Assembly: GCA_963663025.1 (NCBI GenBank)
Contig: OY760073.1
Coordinates: 1,897,354 to 1,961,353, forward strand
Length of the DNA stretch: 64,000 nt
Direction of reading: 5' to 3'
From: Dehalococcoidia bacterium
Lineage (GTDB): Bacteria; Chloroflexota; Dehalococcoidia; Lucifugimonadales; JAGWBF01
The notes beneath the pieces are model-generated. The model was not told the origin of the DNA and did not search any database. It saw only the letters and a program-made list of their open reading frames with translations. The translations under genes were made by a program, and so were the position numbers. The stretch's first letter is position 1. Each line of letters begins with the position of its first letter. Of the stretch, positions 9,280 through 18,386 are shown piece after piece.

Positions 9280-11364
9280 ATGCCTGTTGCTCCTGTGTTG
9301 ACAAGGAATATGGTGGATACGGAGCTAACCGAAGCCATCAAAAAGTCCCAGGACTACCTGCTTTCCATCCAACATCCCGAGGGGTACTGGTGGGGCGAGC
9401 TGGAATCCAATCCGACAATGGAAGCGGAGTACCTGCTCTTGACCTACTTCCTGGGTGCGGTTGACAAGGAGCGCTGGAGCAAGCTGGCAAACTACATCCT
9501 CCAGAGGCAACAGGACGACGGATCCTGGGGACAGTACTACGAAGCCCCGGGCGACGTGAGCACCTCGGTGGAGTGCTACTTCGCCCTCAAGCTGGCGGGA
9601 ATATCCCCGGAGCGCCCGGAGATGCGGAAAGCCCGCGAGTTTATCCTGTCAAAGGGCGGGGTGCCTGAGGTTAGAGTGTTTACCAAGATCTGGCTGGCCC
9701 TGTTCGGCCAGTGGGACTGGAAGGGCACTCCAACGATGCCCCCGGAGCTTATGTACCTACCAACCTGGGCCCCCTTCAACATCTACCAGTTCTCCAGCTG
9801 GGCGCGGGCCACAATCGTCCCAATGACCATCATCCTCACCAACAAGCCCTGCAAAGCTGTCCCTGAGTGGGCATCCATTCAAGACCTTTATCCCGCCGAT
9901 TGGACCGAAGACAACTATAAGCTCCCCAAACCCAAGGAGCTTTTTAGCTGGCGCCGTGCCTTCTATTACGTGGACATGGTAATCAAGGCCTACCAGGCTC
10001 TCCCCTTCAAGCCTGGTCGGAAGCGGGCACTGCGGAAGATCGAGGAATGGACCGTTGATCACCAGGAAGCGGATGGCTCCTGGGGGGGCATACAGCCCCC
10101 CTGGGTCTATTCCCTGATTGCCCTTCACCATCGGGGATACTCCCTGGACCACCCCGTAATCAAGAAGGGCCTGGAGGGGTTCGAGCGCTTTGCAATCGAG
10201 GACGAGACCACCTGGAGGGTCCAGGCCTGCGTCTCGCCTGTTTGGGATACATGCCTCGTTCAGATTGGCCTGCTGGACTCGGGCCTGGCTCCGAGCCACC
10301 CTGCGGTACAGGCATCCACAAAATGGCTGGTCGAGGAACAGGTGCACTCAGGTGGTGACTGGCAGGTAAACGTCAAGGACGTGGAGCCTGGGGGATGGGC
10401 CTTTGAGTTCGCCAACGACAACTACCCTGACGTGGACGATGCCGCCGAGGTCATCATTGCCCTGAACATGGCCCCCATGGAACGGGAAGATGACGAAACT
10501 CGGAAGCAGAAAGCTATCGAAAGAGGCGCCCGTTGGATGCTTGCGATGCAGTGCTCAAACGGAGGCTGGGCTGCATTCGACAAGGACAACGATAAGAGCC
10601 TTCTCTCAAAGATACCCTTCAGCGATTTCGGTGAGGCCCTGGACCCTCCCAGTGTCGATGTTGCTTCCCACGCAGTGGAAGCGCTGGCAAAGCTGGGCTA
10701 CACAAGGGACGATCCGGCCATTGATCGGGCCTACAAGTACATTCTGGCCGAGCAGGAGGAGGAAGGTCCCTGGTTCGGTAGGTGGGGCGTTAACTACATA
10801 TACGGAACAGGGGCGGTCCTTCCGGCCCTGGAGGCCATCGGGGAGGACATGCATCAGCCCTACGTTAGTCGAGCGGTTGAGTGGCTGATATCCCACCAGA
10901 ACGACGACGGCGGCTGGGGCGAGAGCTGTGACTCCTACGTCGATGAGGCCTCATGGGGAAAGGGACCCAGCACTCCCTCTCAGACTGCCTGGGCTCTTAT
11001 GGCCCTTATGGCAGCGGGAGAGACTGACCACATCGCAACCCAAAACGGGGTCCACTACCTGATAACCACGCAGAACGACGACGGTACCTGGGAAGAACCT
11101 TATTACACAGGCACGGGCTTCCCGGGCTACGGCGTGGGCCGGAGGCTCAAGGGACTTCCCAAGCCCGGTGAATCCGGGTACCAGGGCGCGGAAATGGGTG
11201 CAGGGTTCATGATCAAGTACCACAGCTATCGCAACTGCTGGCCTCTCATGGCGTTGGGGCGCTTCCGCAACATGACACACCTGCCCCCGGTAATCCTGGG
11301 GGCGAATGGCACGAATGGCTCCAGCCCTGCAGGCTTCGGGAAACCTGGTGAATCAAAGGGATAG
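9280..11364 (+). CDS. shc: squalene-hopene cyclase
   Basis: Multiple QW repeats (e.g. QQDDGSWG, HQNDDGGWG, TQNDDGTWEE), catalytic DVDDAAEV (DxDD); ATG 9280 with GAAAGGA upstream, ORF open from 9250. Confidence 0.95.
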   Translation: MPVAPVLTRNMVDTELTEAIKKSQDYLLSIQHPEGYWWGELESNPTMEAEYLLLTYFLGAVDKERWSKLANYILQRQQDDGSWGQYYEAPGDVSTSVECYFALKLAGISPERPEMRKAREFILSKGGVPEVRVFTKIWLALFGQWDWKGTPTMPPELMYLPTWAPFNIYQFSSWARATIVPMTIILTNKPCKAVPEWASIQDLYPADWTEDNYKLPKPKELFSWRRAFYYVDMVIKAYQALPFKPGRKRALRKIEEWTVDHQEADGSWGGIQPPWVYSLIALHHRGYSLDHPVIKKGLEGFERFAIEDETTWRVQACVSPVWDTCLVQIGLLDSGLAPSHPAVQASTKWLVEEQVHSGGDWQVNVKDVEPGGWAFEFANDNYPDVDDAAEVIIALNMAPMEREDDETRKQKAIERGARWMLAMQCSNGGWAAFDKDNDKSLLSKIPFSDFGEALDPPSVDVASHAVEALAKLGYTRDDPAIDRAYKYILAEQEEEGPWFGRWGVNYIYGTGAVLPALEAIGEDMHQPYVSRAVEWLISHQNDDGGWGESCDSYVDEASWGKGPSTPSQTAWALMALMAAGETDHIATQNGVHYLITTQNDDGTWEEPYYTGTGFPGYGVGRRLKGLPKPGESGYQGAEMGAGFMIKYHSYRNCWPLMALGRFRNMTHLPPVILGANGTNGSSPAGFGKPGESKG

Positions 11365-11365
11365 C

Positions 11366-11494
11366 ATGAGGACCCCGCTATACTGCTTGCAGGCGGAAGG
11401 GACTATACACGTCGGCACCCGTCAGAGTATCTTCCTGATAGAGCTGGACCATCCCCGATCCAGGGAAATACTGGCGCAAATAGTCGGGGAATAA
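11366..11494 (+). CDS. possible 42-aa small ORF between shc and hpnC
   Basis: ATG one base after shc stop; MRTPLYCLQAEGTIHVGTRQSIFLIELDHPRSREILAQIVGE*; no homology recognised. Confidence 0.2.
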   Translation: MRTPLYCLQAEGTIHVGTRQSIFLIELDHPRSREILAQIVGE

Positions 11495-11502
11495 GGACCG
11501 AC

Positions 11503-12471
11503 GTGGACGAGGCCCGCACAATCCCCGGTAATGCTGTCTCTCTAGAAGATGCCTTCCGGTACTGCGAGCGGTTGGCAAAGACCCACTACGAGAACTTTAC
11601 TGTGGGCTCTTTTCTCATACCCAAGGCCCTGCGCAGACATGTTCATGCCGTCTACGCTTACTGCCGCTGGGTCGATGACCTGGGTGACGAGCCCTACGAG
11701 CCTCTGGTGGAGTCCCTCGCCGGGGCAAACTGGATGCATGAACAGGCCCGGTCCGATAGCCAGCCCCTGGGACCCCCCCAGCGTATGGCACTCCTGGATA
11801 GATGGGAGGAGGAGCTGGAAGCATGCTTCACCGGCATTCCGACCCACCCGGCTATAATTGCTCTCCAGGACACCGTTCGAGCCTTTGACATCCCCAGGGA
11901 ACCCTTCCTTAAGCTGATAGAAGCCAATCGTATGGAGCAGCAGGTTTCCCGTTATTCCACCTACGAGGACCTCCTGTTCTACTGCGACCACTCCGCAAAC
12001 CCTGTGGGTCACCTGTTTCTATACCTGTTCGGTTACAGCGACAAAAGTATGCGAGAGCTCTCCGACCACACCTGCACAGCCCTCCAGCTCACCAACTTCT
12101 GGCAGGATGTGCACCGGGACTTCGAGATAGGTCGCATCTATCTGCCCCTGGAAGACTTGGAGAGGTTCGAATACACCGAAGCCGAGCTTTCCCAGCGCGT
12201 CGTCAATCAGAATTTTCGAGACCTTATGGCCTTCGAGGTGCAGCGGGCGGAAGACCTGTTCCAGCGCGGACTGCCGTTGGTGGATATGCTGGAGGGAAAG
12301 GCCAAGACCGATGTTGCCCTGTTCACCAAGGGCGGGATGGCTGTCCTAGATGCCATAAAGAACCAGGAGTACGACGTTCTGTCCCGCAGGCCCGCCCTGT
12401 CACGATGGAAAAAGGCGCGCCTGTTTCTGTCCACATGGGCAAAGATGACTTGGCGTGCATCCGCCGCCTGA
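11503..12471 (+). CDS. hpnC: squalene synthase-family enzyme HpnC (hydroxysqualene synthase-like)
   Basis: Squalene/phytoene synthase family, Asp-rich YCRWVDDLGDE; first of the hpnC-hpnD-hpnE triad by order. Confidence 0.8.
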   Translation: MDEARTIPGNAVSLEDAFRYCERLAKTHYENFTVGSFLIPKALRRHVHAVYAYCRWVDDLGDEPYEPLVESLAGANWMHEQARSDSQPLGPPQRMALLDRWEEELEACFTGIPTHPAIIALQDTVRAFDIPREPFLKLIEANRMEQQVSRYSTYEDLLFYCDHSANPVGHLFLYLFGYSDKSMRELSDHTCTALQLTNFWQDVHRDFEIGRIYLPLEDLERFEYTEAELSQRVVNQNFRDLMAFEVQRAEDLFQRGLPLVDMLEGKAKTDVALFTKGGMAVLDAIKNQEYDVLSRRPALSRWKKARLFLSTWAKMTWRASAA

Positions 12472-12516
12472 CTTTCGGACATCCGCCAGCATGCCACGCC
12501 CCGCGGGATATACACG

Positions 12517-13377
12517 ATGAGCGAGCTGACTGACGCCTACGAAGAATGCCGCCGGATCACCTTCCGCGAGGCCAAGAACTTCTACTACGCCTTCATCACC
12601 CTTCCTCGCCGGAAACGCTACGCAATCTACGCAGCCTATGCCTTCTGCCGAATCTGCGATGACATTGCCGACGGCGACCAGGACCCCGACGCCAGGCTGG
12701 AAAGCCTGCAAGATGTACGGGGAGACCTTGCTCATACCTACGCAGGACGGGCACAAAACCCTGTGTACCTCGCCCTCGCCGATGCTGCATCCACCTACGA
12801 CATCCCCGAGCAGCACTTCCAGGATGTCATCACCGGCGTGGAGATGGACCTCACCAAGACCGCTTACCAGGACTTCGATGAGCTGTACACCTACTGCTAC
12901 CACGTGGCATGCGTAGTGGGCCTGATCTGCCTTCAGGTCTTCGGGTACTCCAACGACAAGGCCAGGGACTACGCCGTGGACCTGGGCCTCGCTATGCAGC
13001 TGACCAACATTCTGAGGGATGTGAAGGAGGACCTGGAGCGTGGGCGGGTGTACATACCCCAGGACGAGTTGGAACGCTTTGGGTACACCCTCGAGGACCT
13101 GCAGGCCGGCACCATGAACGAACCATTCGCGGACCTGATGGCTTTCCAGGTAGAGCGGGCGCGCCGCCGATTCGACGAGGGCTTCAAGCTGCTCCCCCTT
13201 CTCTCCGCCAGATCCAGGGGATGTCCCGCAGTCCTCGGCGCCCTGTACCGTCGCATCCTCGATAAGATAGAGTCGAAGGGCTACGACGTCTTCCAAGAGC
13301 GGGTGAGCCTGGGCCGGGGCGAGAAGGGCTTGGTAACCCTCCGCACCTGGGTAAAGAGCCTGCTGCCCTCCTTATGA
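12517..13377 (+). CDS. hpnD: presqualene diphosphate synthase HpnD
   Basis: Squalene/phytoene synthase family, FCRICDDIADG and NILRDVKEDLERGRVY blocks; second of triad. Confidence 0.8.
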   Translation: MSELTDAYEECRRITFREAKNFYYAFITLPRRKRYAIYAAYAFCRICDDIADGDQDPDARLESLQDVRGDLAHTYAGRAQNPVYLALADAASTYDIPEQHFQDVITGVEMDLTKTAYQDFDELYTYCYHVACVVGLICLQVFGYSNDKARDYAVDLGLAMQLTNILRDVKEDLERGRVYIPQDELERFGYTLEDLQAGTMNEPFADLMAFQVERARRRFDEGFKLLPLLSARSRGCPAVLGALYRRILDKIESKGYDVFQERVSLGRGEKGLVTLRTWVKSLLPSL

Positions 13378-14804
13378 GCCTCCCCAACAGCCGCGTGCCC
13401 CACATCATCGTCCTGGGAGGAGGCTTGGCCGGTATTTCGGCAGCCTGCCATCTCCTGGAGCGAGGCTGCCGAGTTACCCTGGTGGAGAAGAGGCCCTACC
13501 TCGGCGGAAGGACCTTCTCCTTCGGACACCATCCCCATCAAGAGACAGAGCCTGCCTTCCGGGTGGACAACGGCCAGCACGTCTTCCTGGGCTGCTGCAC
13601 CAGCTACATCGACCTGCTCAAGAAGCTGGGCTCCCACGCCCAAGCCTATCTCCAGCCCAACCTCCACGTGGAGATTCGGCGGGTAGGGGAGCGGGGGAAG
13701 CCCACGAAGGCAAGCACACTTTCTTCTTTTCCCTTCCTCCCGGCGCCCTTCCACATCCTGCCTTCTTTCCTCCGCTACTCCCACCTGGGCATCGGGGACC
13801 GCCTCAGGGTGATCTACGGCCTGCTGTGCGTCAGGCTCACCCGCCGCAGTCGCCCCGCCCTTGAAGCCCAAAGCTTCCACCAGTGGCTCAAGGCCCACGG
13901 GCAGTCTGACAATGCGATATCCAGGTTCTGGGACATCATCATCGTTGCCACCCTGAACGACGATTCCAGGAACGTCAGCGCATCCATGGCTCTCATGGTG
14001 TACCAGGAAGGTGTGCTGAAGGGCCGGAACAGCCCCAACATAGGCTTCTCCCGAGTCGGACTCTCCGAGTTGATGGGGCACCCCGCCAAGGACCTTATCC
14101 TGGCGGCGGGAGGCAGCGTCCTCTCCGGCAGGAAGGTCTCCCGGCTCATCGTCGAAGACACGGCCGAGGGGTCCGAGAAGACGGTCGCCGGCATTGAACT
14201 GACCGACGGCGAGACCCTGCGCGGGGACATCTACGTTTCCGCCCTCCCCTTCGGCGACCTCGGCTCCATCCTGCCCCCGGACCTTACCGATTCCCCCTTC
14301 TTCAGCGGCGTCCGCGAGCTGGCCACCGCCCCCATCGTGAACGTGCACATCTGGTATGATCGACAGGTTATGGACACCACTGGCGAACCCTTTGTGGCCT
14401 TCCTGGACAGCCCCCTGCAGTGGGTATTCGACAAGAGCAGAATGCAGGGCGCGGACCCCTCCGGGCCGCTAGGGCAGTACCTCTGCGTGTCCATAAGCAG
14501 TGCCTGGGACTACATGGATATGCCCAAGGCGGACGTCAGGCGCATCGTGCTGGCGGAGATGGAATCTGCCTTCCCCCTGGCAGCCCAAGCCCAGGTCAGG
14601 GACGTTTTGGTTATCAAGTCCCCGGCGACCTTCCGCTGCACCCCCGGCTCAGCAGCCCTCAGGCCATCGACCATCACCCCCATCAAGAACCTTTTCCTGG
14701 CTGGGGACTGGACCGACACCGGCTGGCCCTCCACCATGGAGGGCGCGGTGCGCAGCGGTGCAGCCGCCGTCGACGCCATCGAATCAGCGGTGCCCCTTGG
14801 ATAG
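13374..14804 (+). CDS. hpnE: FAD-dependent hydroxysqualene dehydroxylase HpnE
   Basis: ATGA overlap with hpnD; dinucleotide-binding IIVLGGGLAGISAA; amine-oxidase-like C terminus (FLAGDWT). Confidence 0.8.
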   Translation: MSLPNSRVPHIIVLGGGLAGISAACHLLERGCRVTLVEKRPYLGGRTFSFGHHPHQETEPAFRVDNGQHVFLGCCTSYIDLLKKLGSHAQAYLQPNLHVEIRRVGERGKPTKASTLSSFPFLPAPFHILPSFLRYSHLGIGDRLRVIYGLLCVRLTRRSRPALEAQSFHQWLKAHGQSDNAISRFWDIIIVATLNDDSRNVSASMALMVYQEGVLKGRNSPNIGFSRVGLSELMGHPAKDLILAAGGSVLSGRKVSRLIVEDTAEGSEKTVAGIELTDGETLRGDIYVSALPFGDLGSILPPDLTDSPFFSGVRELATAPIVNVHIWYDRQVMDTTGEPFVAFLDSPLQWVFDKSRMQGADPSGPLGQYLCVSISSAWDYMDMPKADVRRIVLAEMESAFPLAAQAQVRDVLVIKSPATFRCTPGSAALRPSTITPIKNLFLAGDWTDTGWPSTMEGAVRSGAAAVDAIESAVPLG

Positions 14805-15798
14805 GGCAGCCCTCATCCTGGCGCCCTTCTCCGAGGATGCCCTCGACCGCCTGGGCAAGCACGTCCGCGTCTCCTACGAAAGCTGGCTGGACACGGGTGA
14901 GCTGCTCTCCCCCGACGACATGGCCCGGCGGATCAACGACGATGGCCTCAGCATCCTGGTGGTGGAAGCCGACTACGTGTTCGAAGAGGTGTTCGCCGAC
15001 ACCCCCGGCCTGGAGTTTCTCGGCGTGTGCCGGTCCAGCCTGGGACACATCGACGTCGATGCGGCCACCGCACACGGCGTGCTTGTGGTGAACACGCCGG
15101 GTCGCAACGCCAACGCTGTCGCCGAGCTTACCCTGGGCCTGATGCTCTCCCTCGCCAGGGGCATCCCCTCCTCGGACCGCTACGTGTCCGAAGGCCGGTG
15201 GGAGGACCCCGTCGGTCCCTACACCCACATGCGGGGCGACGAGCTTGGAGGCAAGACCCTGGGCCTTCTAGGTTTCGGCGCCATCGGCCGCGCTGTGAGC
15301 AAACGGGCCCGCAGCTTCGGCATGAAGGTCATCGCCTACGACCCCTACCTGGGCGCTCCCGGAACAAGGCTGGGAGGAGCTCGCCTGGAAAGCCTGGAGA
15401 CCCTCCTGGAGGCGTCCGACTACCTGTCCGTCCACACTCCAGACACCGGCGAAACCCGCGGCCTCGTAAACAAGGACAACGCAAGCCTCCTGAAGCGGGG
15501 GGTGTACATAATCAATACCGCTTCCTACTGGGCCATCGACGAAGACGCCCTGGTGGACGCCCTCCGCTCGGGCCAGGTGGGCGCCGTCGCCATGGATGTT
15601 CACCGCACCCACCCCATATCGCCCAACAGCCCCCTGCTCGCCATGGACAACGCCCTGCTGACACCCCACATCGGCGGGGCCACCGCCGAGACCATCCAGC
15701 GCCACTCCATGATGATGGTCGAGGATATTCGCAGGTACCTTCGCGGGCACAGGCCCCGACGCTTGGTCAACAACTCGGTCTGGGGGCAGGTTGGCTAA
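14797..15798 (+). CDS. D-isomer-specific 2-hydroxyacid dehydrogenase (PGDH-like)
   Basis: TTG 14797 overlaps hpnE stop by 8 nt; GLLGFGAIGRAV NAD motif, catalytic-domain blocks. The 14500 start in the ORF track is an off-frame overlap with hpnE. Confidence 0.8.
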   Translation: MDRAALILAPFSEDALDRLGKHVRVSYESWLDTGELLSPDDMARRINDDGLSILVVEADYVFEEVFADTPGLEFLGVCRSSLGHIDVDAATAHGVLVVNTPGRNANAVAELTLGLMLSLARGIPSSDRYVSEGRWEDPVGPYTHMRGDELGGKTLGLLGFGAIGRAVSKRARSFGMKVIAYDPYLGAPGTRLGGARLESLETLLEASDYLSVHTPDTGETRGLVNKDNASLLKRGVYIINTASYWAIDEDALVDALRSGQVGAVAMDVHRTHPISPNSPLLAMDNALLTPHIGGATAETIQRHSMMMVEDIRRYLRGHRPRRLVNNSVWGQVG

Positions 15799-17287
15799 CC
15801 CCATCCTGGCCCTGGATGTGGGCACCAGCTCCTGCCACGTCCTGTTGGCCGACAACGAAGGCTCCTGCCTGTCATCAGCCTCCTCCCCCATCGCCTACCA
15901 CACCCCCAGGGACGGCCCCGAGCTGGCCCGGGAGTTCGACCCCGCCCAGGCGCTGTCCACCCTCGGAAGCCTGGTCTCCCAAGCGCTGAGCGAGGCCGGA
16001 GTCTCCCCGGGGAGCATCGATTCGATAGCCATCACCAGCCAGCGCCAGGGACTTGTGCTCCTGGACTCCGCCGGCGTCGAGCTGGCCTGCACGCCCAACA
16101 TCGACCTCAGGGCCGTGTTCGAAGGGGCAGCCATCGACGAGCAGCGGGGCGAGCAGGTATACCGCACCACCGGGCACACCCCCTCCCTCATCCTGGCCCC
16201 GGCCCGCCTCGCCTGGTTCCAGAAACATGAGCCTGGCATCTTCCAGCGTATCGACGCCGTCCTGTCCGTCGCGGGCTGGCTCATGTACCATTTGACGGGA
16301 CGGAAGCTGGGCGAGCGGTGCATGGAGGGAGAGGCCGGCCTGCTGAACATCTCCTCCGGCGCCCGCTGCCACCGGTTGCTGGACAGCCTGGGCTTCCCCC
16401 GGGGCCTCCTGCCCTCAATGCCGGGCAGGGGGGCTCCTCACAGGACCGTCTTCGGCCCCCTGGCCCAGGAGTGGGGCCTGAAGAAAGGAGCCGAGGTCAT
16501 ACTGGCCGGCCCCGACACCCAGTGCGGCCTCCTGGGCATGGGCCTCACCCAGCCCGGCCAGGTCGGCGCCCTCCTCGGCTGGAGCGGCGCCGTCCAGGCC
16601 ATCACCTCCGATCCCTGCCTACATCCCGACCGAGCCACCTGGGCAGGGCGCTACCTGCTTGACGACCTCTGGGTGGCCGAAGCCAACCTTGGCGAGGTTG
16701 GCTCCTCCTACGCCTGGCTCAAGGACCTTCTGCTGGGCCCAGACGCCCCCATAAGCGAAGCCGACGACCTGGCGGCAGCAGCCCCCGAGGACGGTTCCGG
16801 CATCCTCGCCTGCCTGGGACCCAGCCCCGAAAGCGCCTTCACCGCCGGACTCCGCCGGGGAGGCCTCCTCTTTCCCACTCCTTTCGCATACCAACAGCCC
16901 ACAGCCGCCGGCCTTTTCAGGGCCTCCCTGGAAAACGTCGCCTTCAGCGCCAAGGCCAACCTGGCCTGCCTGGACCAGCTCACCGGCCGTACCACGGACC
17001 TCCTTCATATAGGAGGGGGGATGGCCCGCAGCGACGTCCTGGCCTCCATCCTGGCCGATGTCCTGGGCATCCCCGTCCGCCGCACCCGCACACCCCAGGC
17101 AACCGCCCGGGGCGCCGTCCTCCGCGCCATCCTTCAAACCCGCCCCGATATCACGCCCCATCAGTTGACAGAGATTGCGGGCGCAGACCATGATGATATC
17201 GTCCCCAGATCGCCTGCAGTCGTGGCCCGCTACGAGAGCGCCTACCGGGAATGGCTGGACGTGCAGCAGCGCCTCGACTGGGAGTAA
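15791..17287 (+). CDS. FGGY-family carbohydrate kinase
   Basis: TTG 15791 overlaps upstream stop by 8 nt; N-terminal LALDVGTSSCHVLL actin-like ATPase motif, C-terminal HIGGGMARSDV block. Confidence 0.8.
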   Translation: MANPILALDVGTSSCHVLLADNEGSCLSSASSPIAYHTPRDGPELAREFDPAQALSTLGSLVSQALSEAGVSPGSIDSIAITSQRQGLVLLDSAGVELACTPNIDLRAVFEGAAIDEQRGEQVYRTTGHTPSLILAPARLAWFQKHEPGIFQRIDAVLSVAGWLMYHLTGRKLGERCMEGEAGLLNISSGARCHRLLDSLGFPRGLLPSMPGRGAPHRTVFGPLAQEWGLKKGAEVILAGPDTQCGLLGMGLTQPGQVGALLGWSGAVQAITSDPCLHPDRATWAGRYLLDDLWVAEANLGEVGSSYAWLKDLLLGPDAPISEADDLAAAAPEDGSGILACLGPSPESAFTAGLRRGGLLFPTPFAYQQPTAAGLFRASLENVAFSAKANLACLDQLTGRTTDLLHIGGGMARSDVLASILADVLGIPVRRTRTPQATARGAVLRAILQTRPDITPHQLTEIAGADHDDIVPRSPAVVARYESAYREWLDVQQRLDWE

Positions 17288-17295
17288 GCCCAGAT

Positions 17296-17997
17296 ATGGA
17301 TAGAGGGAGGCCCTTGACCCTCAGGCCCGAAGAACGGAACCTCCTCTGGGATGTGGTCATGGAGCTGGCCAAGGAAGGCTTGGTCACCGGCTCCAACGGC
17401 AACGCCAGCATGCGCCTGGACGGCGACACCCTCCTCATTACGCCCACAGGTCGTTCCTACCGTGCCATGACCCCCGAAGACCTCCTCATAATCGACATGG
17501 AAGGCGGGCCCGTCGAGGGCGACAGCATCCCCTCCTCCGAGACCGCCCTCCACCTGGCCATCTACCAAGCCCGCCCCGACGCCGGAGCCGTCATCCACAC
17601 CCACTCCCCCTACGCCACCATCGCCGCCGTCGCCGCCCTCGAGATCCCTCCGCTGGTGGATGAGGTCGTATATAAGGTTGGGGGAAGCATCCCCGTCGCC
17701 GACTACGCCTTCCCCTCCACCGAAGAGCTGGCCTCCAACACCGTCGCCACTCTGGGCGAGGGCAACGCCGTCCTCTTACGCAATCACGGGCTGGTCGGCT
17801 TGGGCCGCAACCCCTGGGAAGCCTTCGACATGTGCCAGCTTGTGGAGAGGCTGGCCCACACCTTCATCTATGCAACCCTGCTTGGAAAGGCCATCCCCAT
17901 TCCCGACGAGTACGTCGAGCTGGAGCAGGAGCTGTTCCGCATGAAGCGCCGGGCCTCCGTCGCCTGGACCCCGGCCCGTAAAATAACGTTCTGGTGA
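17296..17997 (+). CDS. class II aldolase/adducin-family protein (fuculose-P aldolase / ribulose-5-P epimerase-like)
   Basis: GSNGNASMR, IHTHSPYAT, LLRNHGLV blocks; ATG 17296 nine nt after kinase stop. Confidence 0.8.
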   Translation: MDRGRPLTLRPEERNLLWDVVMELAKEGLVTGSNGNASMRLDGDTLLITPTGRSYRAMTPEDLLIIDMEGGPVEGDSIPSSETALHLAIYQARPDAGAVIHTHSPYATIAAVAALEIPPLVDEVVYKVGGSIPVADYAFPSTEELASNTVATLGEGNAVLLRNHGLVGLGRNPWEAFDMCQLVERLAHTFIYATLLGKAIPIPDEYVELEQELFRMKRRASVAWTPARKITFW

Positions 17998-18006
17998 AAA
18001 GGAAAC

Positions 18007-18375
18007 ATGGTTAAGATTCCCGCCTTCCTGCTGCGCAGGGTTTACGTTAAGGGGAGCCTCACCAACGTGGACGACGGCTTCCAGTTCCAGCTTCTCAACT
18101 CCCTGGGCTCGGGCTATGCCCGGCGCATGCTCCCCCTCACCCTCGACGGCCGGGAGATAGCCATGGAGCAGTGCACATTCCCGTTGAACGACGGCGCATG
18201 CTCCTTTGACCGGGTGTCCAACGACCTGCCCTTCACCCTGGATGTGAACAAGACCGTCACCATTACCGTCCACGGCGAGACCCTGGACGCCAACCCCCAC
18301 ACCATCGTCCTCAACTTCGAGGTTGCCGGACTGGGCGAGCTCACCCTGGACTTCACCGACACCCCCGCCTCCTGA
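18007..18375 (+). CDS. hypothetical 122-aa protein
   Basis: Tightly packed between aldolase and epimerase, GC3-rich; no family recognised. Confidence 0.5.
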   Translation: MVKIPAFLLRRVYVKGSLTNVDDGFQFQLLNSLGSGYARRMLPLTLDGREIAMEQCTFPLNDGACSFDRVSNDLPFTLDVNKTVTITVHGETLDANPHTIVLNFEVAGLGELTLDFTDTPAS

Positions 18376-18386
18376 AGCCGCCAGCC

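Noticed and set aside
13281-14348. 355-aa minus-strand ORF opposite hpnE
   Set aside because: Antisense shadow ORF, typical of high-G+C DNA. The plus-strand frame carries clear HpnE motifs. The same reasoning applies to 12400..13296 opposite hpnD.
14500-14796. N-terminal 99 codons of the 432-aa ORF-track entry, and the R/P-rich 15027..15989 ORF
   Set aside because: The extension overlaps hpnE out of frame and is P/S/R-rich low complexity. The dehydrogenase homology begins at TTG 14797. The 15027 ORF is an off-frame artefact.
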